Virus record (IMG/VR): IMGVR_UViG_3300030109_003433
Span: 1 to 56,845 of that record
Strand: one strand, 5' to 3'
Origin: a virus
Lineage: Duplodnaviria > Caudoviricetes
DNA length: 56,845 nucleotides
Part shown: positions 27,482 to 34,779 of the stretch, one piece after another
Layout of the letters: each line of letters begins with the position of its first letter
Numbering within the stretch: position 1 is the stretch's first letter
Program-made: the position numbers and the translations under genes
Notes under the pieces: generated by a model
What the model was told of the DNA's origin: nothing
What the model saw: the letters and a program-made list of their open reading frames with translations, nothing else
The model's database searches: none

Positions 27482-27554
27482 TATCTCCTATTGGTTCCCA
27501 GGGAACCTTACCTTGTTCTTGCAACTGCAAAAAATATTGACCCATCTTTGACAT
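27234..27554 (-). CDS. Hypothetical first gene of leftward middle operon
   Basis: GGAG SD before MSKMGQYF; long overlap with the next ORF. Confidence 0.4.
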   Translation of the reverse strand: MSKMGQYFLQLQEQGKVPWEPIGDNDDVQDREECKVPWQIEQPVEGHSLVGHGNKRQCISANPEKSKGISFVGELHQSVQSEQSTETILNEDVPPGGCADFSIGGF

Positions 27555-27608
27555 TACATAACACTCCATTTATGCTTGCAGTTCGGAATTTACAGATGAT
27601 TTTAAAAA

Positions 27609-27992
27609 ATGTCAAACATTGTTGAGATGGAAATATTGGGTGAGCCTGCATCAAAAGCAAACTCCCGTAAGATTGTGATGTTTGGGAAGCGACCTGCAAT
27701 TATCAAAAGTCAAAAGGCACGAGACTATGTAAAGTCATTCGCAGAACAGGCATCCCAGGTACAGATAGATGAGTTACTTGAGGGTGACTTGTGGGTTGAG
27801 CTTACTATTTACTATGCTTCGAGAAGACCAGACCTGGATGAGTCTGTGGTTCTGGACTGTCTCCAAGGCATTGCGTACACTAATGATCGTCAGATAAAGG
27901 AAAAGCATGTATACCACGACCTTGACAAAACAAATCCCAGAACAAAAATTAAGATTGGAAAACTTGATCGCTCAAAAAATAGTGACTCGTAG
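27609..27992 (+). CDS. rusA: RusA family Holliday junction resolvase
   Basis: GEPASKAN, RRPDLD..VLDCL, NDRQI, P RTKI motifs. Confidence 0.85.
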   Translation: MSNIVEMEILGEPASKANSRKIVMFGKRPAIIKSQKARDYVKSFAEQASQVQIDELLEGDLWVELTIYYASRRPDLDESVVLDCLQGIAYTNDRQIKEKHVYHDLDKTNPRTKIKIGKLDRSKNSDS

Positions 27993-28200
27993 TTTGCGTG
28001 ATCTTGTCAGTAAGAATCAAAAATTTGTAGAAAAATCAGAGGCTTATGTGCAGACAGAAACCTTTGAGAATGATGTTGGATTGTCTCACTTTCCTGATGA
28101 GATAGTTACCGTTGTTCGTGAAGCCGTTGAACTTTCTCCGGTACAAAAGAAGCATGTCATTAAAGAAGTTTTGGAGTGGATTAAAAACCCCCTCGATTGA
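27907..28200 (+). CDS. Hypothetical protein (start uncertain)
   Basis: ORF between rusA and the primase gene. Confidence 0.5.
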   Translation: MYTTTLTKQIPEQKLRLENLIAQKIVTRSLRDLVSKNQKFVEKSEAYVQTETFENDVGLSHFPDEIVTVVREAVELSPVQKKHVIKEVLEWIKNPLD

Positions 28201-28205
28201 GGGGG
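28183..28205 (-). terminator. Intrinsic terminator-like hairpin, U-tract on minus strand
   Basis: AAAAA-CCCCCTC-GATT-GAGGGGG. Confidence 0.55.
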
Positions 28206-28329
28206 TTATAACACTAGCAATATAGGAGTGATCCAGGTCAAGCTGTGTTAAGACTCGACCATTCCTTAATAGTTTCATAAAAAATGAACATTAGCAATAT
28301 GTAAAACAAGAACTAATTAGGGGGTAATC

Positions 28330-30066
28330 ATGGCAACAGAGTTGCAATCAATCGTGTCTATGGTATTTCAAACAAGCCGTATACGGTGTCCAGTATGTAG
28401 TCCTGATAGAAAAAAACAGCATGAGAAAACGATGGTGGTTACGGTTGAGGGAAATAAAAAAGTATATATGTGCCATCATTGTGGAATCTCTGGCAAGTTT
28501 GAGGAAGAACCTTTCTATGATAAGCACCTTGACCAGGTGGTGCCGATTCCTACCAAACTTAAAACCAATCTTGATTTAATTGGTAGGTTCTTTTCTGCAA
28601 GAGGTATCGACATTTCTAATATTAGTTCTCTTCCAGAGATGACCACAGGTGAAAAGTATTTTAATGGCATTGGCAAGGTGGATTGTGTTGGTTTTGTTTA
28701 CCAGGATGAGGCTATCAAGTGGAGGGCGATAGATCATAAAGCATTCACCCAGGACGGTGCGGCAAGAAACTTTTATAACCTGGAAAAGATAGCAGATGAT
28801 ATGCCAGAGACAGTGATTATAACGGAGGGCGAAGCCGATACCGTTGCCCTGGCATCCATAGGATTACACAGCATTTCTGTCCCCAATGGTGCGCCAGTCA
28901 AGGTAAGTAATAGAAAAGTATCTCCAGAGGATGACAACAAGTTCGGATATATTTGGGAAGCCAGGGACATACTTGATAAAGCAAAACAAGTTATCATCTG
29001 TGCAGATAGAGATCAGCCAGGTGAGGCTTTGTCAGAAGAGATAGCCAGGCGTGTTGGCAGAGCAAAGTGTTGGCGTGTTCTGATTCCTGAGTCATGTAAA
29101 GACATCACTGATGTAATAGATAAATTGGGTGCAGAGCAAGCCAGTGAGCTAATTGAAAACCCCGCTCCGTTTCCCCTCTCTGGTGTTTACTCTGCATCAG
29201 AATATCGCAGTGAGATCATGGAAATATTTGAGAATGGAGTGGGGTCTGGTACAAGCACAGGTTTAGATAGTGTTGATGAGTTGTTCACTATAGCTCCTGG
29301 TCAGTTAAGTATTGTGACTGGCATACCTTCCTCTGGCAAGTCTGAGTTTGTAGATCAGATCATGATGAATCTTGCCATGAAACATTCGTGGAAGTTTGCC
29401 ATTGCTAGCTTTGAAAATCCCCCTAAATTTCACGTAGCCAAGATGTTAGAGAAGTATGCAGAGATGCCGTTTTTTGAGGGCAGTAGAACACGTATGTCTC
29501 GTAAAGATTTAGAGGAGGGAATGGAGTTTATCAATCAACATTTTGTATTCCTTGAAAGTCGTGACGGATCAATGCCGACAGTACAGGATCTTATAGACAG
29601 AGCAAAGCAAGCGGTTATGAGATTAGGTATTCGCGGGTTAGTGATTGATCCATATAATATGATTGATATGAACACGGAACAAGAGCATGTTTCTATATCG
29701 AGAATGCTGTCAGAAATTACCTCCTTCTGTAAGGCCCATGATATACACGTATGGTTCGTTGCACACCCATCTAAGATGCGTCAAAAAGAGGACGGCACCT
29801 ACCCCATACCTAAAGGGCAGAATGTCTCTAGCTCCTCTGCCTGGCACTCTAAGGCAGACATAGGGGTAACGGTTCATCGAGGTGATGGAGGAGTTGAAAT
29901 ACATTGCTGGAAGTGTCGGTTCAAATGGATAGGACAACAAGGTATGTGTTACCTGGATTATGATGTGCCAACAGGCAGATACTTTGATCGTTCACCTGAA
30001 AACAAAATAGAGAAAACCTTCAAAAACACTAGCATAAAATCACATTGGATGGATGATTGGAAATGA
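28330..30066 (+). CDS. Primase-helicase (T7 gp4/Twinkle-like)
   Basis: CPVC..CHHC zinc finger, TOPRIM (ITEGE, D.DQPG), Walker A GIPSSGKS, LVID, VAHP. Confidence 0.93.
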   Translation: MATELQSIVSMVFQTSRIRCPVCSPDRKKQHEKTMVVTVEGNKKVYMCHHCGISGKFEEEPFYDKHLDQVVPIPTKLKTNLDLIGRFFSARGIDISNISSLPEMTTGEKYFNGIGKVDCVGFVYQDEAIKWRAIDHKAFTQDGAARNFYNLEKIADDMPETVIITEGEADTVALASIGLHSISVPNGAPVKVSNRKVSPEDDNKFGYIWEARDILDKAKQVIICADRDQPGEALSEEIARRVGRAKCWRVLIPESCKDITDVIDKLGAEQASELIENPAPFPLSGVYSASEYRSEIMEIFENGVGSGTSTGLDSVDELFTIAPGQLSIVTGIPSSGKSEFVDQIMMNLAMKHSWKFAIASFENPPKFHVAKMLEKYAEMPFFEGSRTRMSRKDLEEGMEFINQHFVFLESRDGSMPTVQDLIDRAKQAVMRLGIRGLVIDPYNMIDMNTEQEHVSISRMLSEITSFCKAHDIHVWFVAHPSKMRQKEDGTYPIPKGQNVSSSSAWHSKADIGVTVHRGDGGVEIHCWKCRFKWIGQQGMCYLDYDVPTGRYFDRSPENKIEKTFKNTSIKSHWMDDWK

Positions 30067-30542
30067 AAAGCAATACTGAGTTAGGTACACCAGAAATCCA
30101 TCAGCGTCACTCAGTTATGATAGAGGGTGGCACTGTACCCAGGGCGAAAGTTATGGATGGGACGGTGGTTGATCGTTATCTTATGGATGGTTTAATCAAT
30201 CTCCAACAGCATATGGCTTGCGAATATCTCCTTGAGAGAGCAGTAAAAGCTGGCGTTTACACTCGCGGCATAGACAATACAATGCCGTCTTGTTTCTCGG
30301 CTCATACCTCCAGGGTGCCAACAGGGATTGAGCCTTATCGCAAACTAATAAGAGCTTTGATTAAAAAATTCGGGGAATCCCAGGCTAAACTTGTTGATCG
30401 TGTGGTGTTAGAAAATTGGGATGTGTCTGGATGCCAGGACAAAATGACATTGCTGACAAGCGCATTAGATTTTATTGTTGATTCAAGAATGGGAGGGAGC
30501 CGGAACCCCCTCAGACATAGGAAAAGATACACTAAAGACTAA
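30057..30542 (+). CDS. Hypothetical protein (possible late regulator)
   Basis: Coupled to primase-helicase; DRY...G.I...QH.A pattern; function inferred only from position. Confidence 0.6.
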   Translation: MEMKSNTELGTPEIHQRHSVMIEGGTVPRAKVMDGTVVDRYLMDGLINLQQHMACEYLLERAVKAGVYTRGIDNTMPSCFSAHTSRVPTGIEPYRKLIRALIKKFGESQAKLVDRVVLENWDVSGCQDKMTLLTSALDFIVDSRMGGSRNPLRHRKRYTKD

Positions 30543-30598
30543 AGAAAATACTGAGAGTTCCTATCACTAGAATTGCTCCAGCGATAGCAACTAGATTC

Positions 30599-30832
30599 TC
30601 ACTCGAATCTCTCATTAAGATACCTCTCAAGATAATATTCCTGGGCTAGAGCATAGTCAGAAAATTCAACTTCGTAACCCTGGAAAGTTACATACAATTC
30701 AACGTCGTATTTGATCTCTGTTTTTGGTACGCCCCAGAACTCAGTTGTTTCTCTGTCGGGTTGAACTGTACATCCAGACCAATCGAGATCCTCCTCCTTG
30801 ACGTTGATTAATATAGCAAGTTCAGCCATCAC
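30599..30832 (-). CDS. Early hypothetical protein
   Basis: GGAGG SD. Confidence 0.7.
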   Translation of the reverse strand: MMAELAILINVKEEDLDWSGCTVQPDRETTEFWGVPKTEIKYDVELYVTFQGYEVEFSDYALAQEYYLERYLNERFE

Positions 30833-30847
30833 TTATCCTCCTTCCAT

Positions 30848-31216
30848 TCATTTTATTTTGTATACCGGAGGTACAACAGGTTTATCCCACTCCTCTCGTG
30901 GAATATCCCACTCCTCCTGTGGAATATCCTTCCATTTTTCCAAGTGCGGTGACGCTTCTCTTTTATCATTTATCAATTCCAAAACGTCTTCATCCACATC
31001 AGGCTTATTCCAACGAGAATCAAAAGGATTCAAAATCCCGACAGGAACAGTTGCATACGTCCATCCCATATCTTCCACCTGATCTTGAAAAATCCACTCT
31101 TCATCCTCTATGTGCGTGAGTGTATAAAAATGACAATCACTACAAAAACTTGTTTCGTCTTCAGAATCTACAGTTACTCTACACAAGCGACATGTTAAAT
31201 CATTAGCTGTCATCAC
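30848..31216 (-). CDS. Early hypothetical protein with two CxxC pairs
   Basis: AGGAG SD; CRLC..CSDC; DIP.EEW x2. Confidence 0.7.
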   Translation of the reverse strand: MMTANDLTCRLCRVTVDSEDETSFCSDCHFYTLTHIEDEEWIFQDQVEDMGWTYATVPVGILNPFDSRWNKPDVDEDVLELINDKREASPHLEKWKDIPQEEWDIPREEWDKPVVPPVYKIK

Positions 31217-31584
31217 TTATCTCCTATATTTGAATCATAATGCCTATGCTGAAATTTATCTGGATCTCCATAGCACCCCTCTAGCAATTCATCCAGGTAA
31301 CCTAACTCCCATTGTGTTCGCGTATGCCATTTGTGTTTGAAGATTCCGCAATCCCGCATAGCTGTACAAGATTTATAAAATGAATCATAAAAAGGTTGCC
31401 AGCTTGTAAGGTCATATCTTTTGATTTCAAAATCCAGGGTGAGTGCCAGATTTAACTCAAGTTGATTTCTTAGAAAGTCTTTTACTATATCGTAATGTTC
31501 ATGTTCTATCTGAATCACATCACTTTTTTCGCTCATGGCTCCCGCATGGCAGTCGCCGGAAACAGCATAGATAATTATTTTCAT
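31213..31584 (-). CDS. Early hypothetical protein
   Basis: GGAG SD; ATGA coupling. Confidence 0.7.
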   Translation of the reverse strand: MKIIIYAVSGDCHAGAMSEKSDVIQIEHEHYDIVKDFLRNQLELNLALTLDFEIKRYDLTSWQPFYDSFYKSCTAMRDCGIFKHKWHTRTQWELGYLDELLEGCYGDPDKFQHRHYDSNIGDK

Positions 31585-31781
31585 TGTGTTTTCTCCGTGA
31601 TATCTAACATGTTGAAAGGTAACGTTTCAAAATCAAAATAATCTCGCTCATCTTCATCAAAAAAATTATTAATGAAATGTTCTGTCATTTCTAGGCTCGT
31701 AAATAAACCCCAGGAGGTTGTACCTGTGCCAGTTTTGAGTCTGCTGATGACAATGAATTGACGGCACTCGTAATCACTCAT
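31581..31781 (-). CDS. Early hypothetical protein
   Basis: GAGGAG SD; ATGA coupling. Confidence 0.7.
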   Translation of the reverse strand: MSDYECRQFIVISRLKTGTGTTSWGLFTSLEMTEHFINNFFDEDERDYFDFETLPFNMLDITEKTQ

Positions 31782-31972
31782 TGTCTTGATCTCCTCTTTT
31801 TAGATTTGAGACTTAATCGAGCCATTTTAAAACCCATCTCCAAGTGATCAGGGTTGAACTGCTGTCCTGTCTCACGGCACATAACACGGAATACCTCAGA
31901 CAATTCAATTAATGATGTGTCAGGATATGCGTAGCAGTGTTTTGCAAAATCAATTATCAATCTGTTGTTCAT
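31778..31972 (-). CDS. Early hypothetical protein (downstream of hammerhead HH2)
   Basis: AGGAGTG SD. Confidence 0.7.
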   Translation of the reverse strand: MNNRLIIDFAKHCYAYPDTSLIELSEVFRVMCRETGQQFNPDHLEMGFKMARLSLKSKKRRSRQ

Positions 31973-32000
31973 GTTTCATCACTCCTATTTGTGACTGTGG

Positions 32001-32067
32001 TGGATTCCACATAGCTCCCAGTCAAGGGAGCTTTCATTAAGTATCCAACTTAAATCATCAGTGTGGA
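32001..32067 (-). ncRNA. Hammerhead ribozyme, type I (HH2)
   Basis: UCCACA-CUGAUGA-U UUAAGU(UGGAU)ACUUAA U-GAAA-GCUCCC(UUGACU)GGGAGC-UA^UGUGGA-AUCCA; full catalytic core, three helices; predicted cut 32012/32011. Confidence 0.9.
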
Positions 32068-32430
32068 CTAGCACTCCTCAGCATAGTTGATAACGATACG
32101 AATACTGCCTTTTGATTCCTTGATGTGAGCCTCCCTTGTCGGGCATTCTCTCAGCCATTCTAAAACCTGATGTTTCGTAGGTTTAGCCCAGACCAACCTG
32201 TCTCTAGGCTCACTTTTAAAATGCTTAAAAAGATCATCTGTGGTTGTGGCTAAGCCAATTACACAGAGTCCAGAGATACTCATACCACTTACGACAAACA
32301 TATAGTGGCCCATTATTCCTTCTGGATGATCGCCAGAGATAAGCTCAGACAAACCAATCATGAAAAGAGATAGACCCAGTAATGTGCCTAGCGCATAAAC
32401 CAATCCGATAAATACATATTTCATTTTCAA
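32068..32430 (-). CDS. Early membrane protein (two TM)
   Basis: AGGAGG SD; two hydrophobic helices. Confidence 0.7.
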   Translation of the reverse strand: MKMKYVFIGLVYALGTLLGLSLFMIGLSELISGDHPEGIMGHYMFVVSGMSISGLCVIGLATTTDDLFKHFKSEPRDRLVWAKPTKHQVLEWLRECPTREAHIKESKGSIRIVINYAEEC

Positions 32431-32831
32431 ACCTCCTTTATTAGCTGTGCTAAATCATCCAGAGTGTGTTCACGTGACCACGTTTTGTTTCGTTGCTTTT
32501 CCAGTTTGTTGATCCTTAGAGTTTTATCAATGGACTCAAGAAACATTTGACAAAAAGTATCATCGAAATATTTACGTTGATGGGTAATAGAATCAAACTC
32601 ATCCCAACAATCTCCCGCCAGATACATAAATAACTTCATGAATTTTTCGGGTTGGGCTTTCTTTATAGGATGCCCTGATATGGAAGGTTTCACTCCCTCC
32701 AGATCCTCCACGTTCTTTATCTCAGGGTAGTCTTTTCTATTGTTAGTGTAGATTTCCCACAAAATCATCGCGGCATACGTCACAATAGTTTTCTGATCTA
32801 AAACTCCAGTATTGCCAAATTTCTTAGCCAT
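32427..32831 (-). CDS. Early hypothetical protein
   Basis: GAGGAGGT SD; coupled. Confidence 0.75.
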   Translation of the reverse strand: MAKKFGNTGVLDQKTIVTYAAMILWEIYTNNRKDYPEIKNVEDLEGVKPSISGHPIKKAQPEKFMKLFMYLAGDCWDEFDSITHQRKYFDDTFCQMFLESIDKTLRINKLEKQRNKTWSREHTLDDLAQLIKEV

Positions 32832-33259
32832 TAGCTCACCTCCTCTAGTGAATTACTAATTTTATCTGATTCAGATTTCAACAGTTTTTTAAGCTCTTTA
32901 ATTGCTGTGATGTGGTCTTTATGGGATTCACTAACAGCTATAAAATCTTCTACTTTGGCGAATCCAATCTCTTTCCAGTCAGAACCAATCACTCTTTCTG
33001 ACACATAGATAATTGCCGTCCATCCACAGAATGTTTCACTAATGTTATAGCGGTATTCCGTATCGCCGTGAAGCTCGTGACTTTCGGTAATCTCTGCTCG
33101 TTCATTTCCACGTATGAAAGATTCAGCAGTTAACCTTTTACCTCCCTCGATAGCGTTAGCAAATAAAATGGCCGCACCTGATAGGTACCCGTCGCAATGA
33201 TGGTATATAGTCACATCAGATAGATCCCCTTTAAACTGATAAGTTGCTCTTGTTGACAT
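32831..33259 (-). CDS. Early hypothetical protein (MSTR..YxHxDGY type)
   Basis: ATG 33259 after AGGAGTG; IYHHCDGY and HGDTEYRY motifs. Confidence 0.75.
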   Translation of the reverse strand: MSTRATYQFKGDLSDVTIYHHCDGYLSGAAILFANAIEGGKRLTAESFIRGNERAEITESHELHGDTEYRYNISETFCGWTAIIYVSERVIGSDWKEIGFAKVEDFIAVSESHKDHITAIKELKKLLKSESDKISNSLEEVS

Positions 33260-33270
33260 TTCAAACACTC

Positions 33271-33702
33271 CTATTGGTTATAGATTTCATTCAGGTAAAA
33301 AGAGAAAGTAGAATTAGCTTTGTATTTGACCGGAAATTTTCCAGAATCCCAACTGTCAAAAGCAAAGCTTTCCTGATGTGCAATTTCAACATCAAAGACA
33401 ATGCTGTCATCTGTCAGACTTACTTCTATTAATGTTGCTCTAGCTAAATCGTAGTCACATAATCTGTTGCAGAATGTCACTGTGTTATCAATCTGATTAA
33501 GATTTGATCTAGCCTCCTTAGTGGTAGAAAAATCAAAATCTTCTGTAAAATATTCTCTGTAATGATCACTCGAATCATGAGTAATCATTAAATGATTTTG
33601 TTCAGAAATTCTCTGAAAACTTTTTAGTGTAGCTAACAGTTCTTTAAGATTTGTAAAACAGTTAGATACGATTGGCTTCCTATTAACTTTTCCTAATGAC
33701 AT
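33271..33702 (-). CDS. Early hypothetical protein (downstream of hammerhead HH1)
   Basis: Start moved to ATG 33702 after AGGAGTG; the track's 33738 start lies inside the ribozyme. Confidence 0.7.
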   Translation of the reverse strand: MSLGKVNRKPIVSNCFTNLKELLATLKSFQRISEQNHLMITHDSSDHYREYFTEDFDFSTTKEARSNLNQIDNTVTFCNRLCDYDLARATLIEVSLTDDSIVFDVEIAHQESFAFDSWDSGKFPVKYKANSTFSFYLNEIYNQ

Positions 33703-33727
33703 TTCAAACACTCCTAATATTTGTGGG

Positions 33728-33791
33728 TGGATTCCCATGAGGCCCTATTAGGGCCTTTCGGCAAGTGTCCAACTTGCTCTCATCAGATGGG
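33728..33791 (-). ncRNA. Hammerhead ribozyme, type I (HH1)
   Basis: CCCAU-CUGAUGA-G A GCAAGU(UGGAC)ACUUGC C-GAAA-GGCCCU(AAU)AGGGCC-UC^AUGGG-AAUCCA; full catalytic core, three helices; predicted cut 33739/33738. Confidence 0.95.
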
Positions 33792-33792
33792 C

Positions 33793-34047
33793 TTAAATGT
33801 TTTTGTCCTCCTCCGCTAGCCAATCGGGACAAAAATCCCAGTCAAAAGTGCCACAACCATCTCTAATTTCTTCTCGTGCATTGTTCCAATCTCTCTCACA
33901 TTTACGAGCCATACCAGATACAAATACTCGACAAAAGGAAGTGCCATCCGTTGCCCGTAATTTGTCTAGGTTGGGGAATCTCTCCGGTGCTTCTAGGAAT
34001 GCTTCCCATAGACACATTGCTGTTATTAACTCTAGTTCATTATTCAT
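33793..34047 (-). CDS. Early hypothetical protein
   Basis: ATG 34047 after AAGGAGTG; FDWDFCP motif. Confidence 0.7.
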   Translation of the reverse strand: MNNELELITAMCLWEAFLEAPERFPNLDKLRATDGTSFCRVFVSGMARKCERDWNNAREEIRDGCGTFDWDFCPDWLAEEDKNI

Positions 34048-34059
34048 CTCTATCACTCC

Positions 34060-34344
34060 TTATATGATTTCGTTTTTAGTTAAAGACCATTTTTCTATGA
34101 GAGGTTGTCCGTTCTCCCACTCATCAATGACTATGTAAGCAACAGTTTTTTTGATGTTTGCCATACGCCACCCACAAGCCCCATTGGTGCCAATCCATAT
34201 CCTGTGAGGATAATCTTCGACAGGTAGCCAACTATCCTCTGGATCATTTAGAGAGTAATAGAACTCGTTGCCAAATTCTTTTTCTCTAATTAGTCCAATT
34301 GGGTTTTTGAACTCTGGATGCTCTGTTAATATAACGTAATTCAT
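34060..34344 (-). CDS. Early hypothetical protein
   Basis: ATG 34344 after AAGGAGTG; YPHRIW...KKTVAYIVIDE. Confidence 0.7.
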   Translation of the reverse strand: MNYVILTEHPEFKNPIGLIREKEFGNEFYYSLNDPEDSWLPVEDYPHRIWIGTNGACGWRMANIKKTVAYIVIDEWENGQPLIEKWSLTKNEII

Positions 34345-34375
34345 CTCTATCACTCCTTTAGATTAAGTTTTTGTA

Positions 34376-34753
34376 TTATTTGCGAGTCCAATAGCTGTTG
34401 ACTGGTCTATATCGACAGTCCCACGTATCAATTACAGTCCCGCCGTCAACCGCCGTAAGGTGACCGCTGTTGCGTACAACAGCCGTTCCTTTGAAGTCCC
34501 AATTCCGCAATTTAATGTACTTGCCTTGTGCGTTTCGTGGTGGCTTGTTCTTTATCCACCCATGATCATCTAGGTATTTCATCCATACCTTGTCATGGTT
34601 CGGATACGCTCCCATCTCAAGACCAAGTGCCATCAAGTCCTCAAAGACTTCTTTATAGTTCTTACGCATCGCAATTGAAATTGAGCGAACAACGCAATCG
34701 TCCTTGAACGTTTTGCAAAGTCTACCGCCGTCAGTTTCATAAAAATCCATCAT
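34376..34753 (-). CDS. Early protein with possible Cys-His-Asp (papain-like) triad
   Basis: DCVVR, GHL and DTWD motifs; AGGAGTG SD. Confidence 0.55.
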   Translation of the reverse strand: MMDFYETDGGRLCKTFKDDCVVRSISIAMRKNYKEVFEDLMALGLEMGAYPNHDKVWMKYLDDHGWIKNKPPRNAQGKYIKLRNWDFKGTAVVRNSGHLTAVDGGTVIDTWDCRYRPVNSYWTRK

Positions 34754-34779
34754 TTCTATCACTCCTAAGTTATGGCCGC

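Noticed and set aside
28186-28266. Pistol or twister ribozyme in the primase leader
   Set aside because: Pseudoknot-like pairing exists but the conserved catalytic nucleotides and helix order do not match
32466-32481. GTGTTCACGTGACCAC as a second parS
   Set aside because: Arms do not match the parS consensus and it lies within a CDS
33703-33738. Track's longer start (33738) for the 33271 gene
   Set aside because: The ATG is the 3' strand of hammerhead stem I and has no SD; 33702 has AGGAGTG
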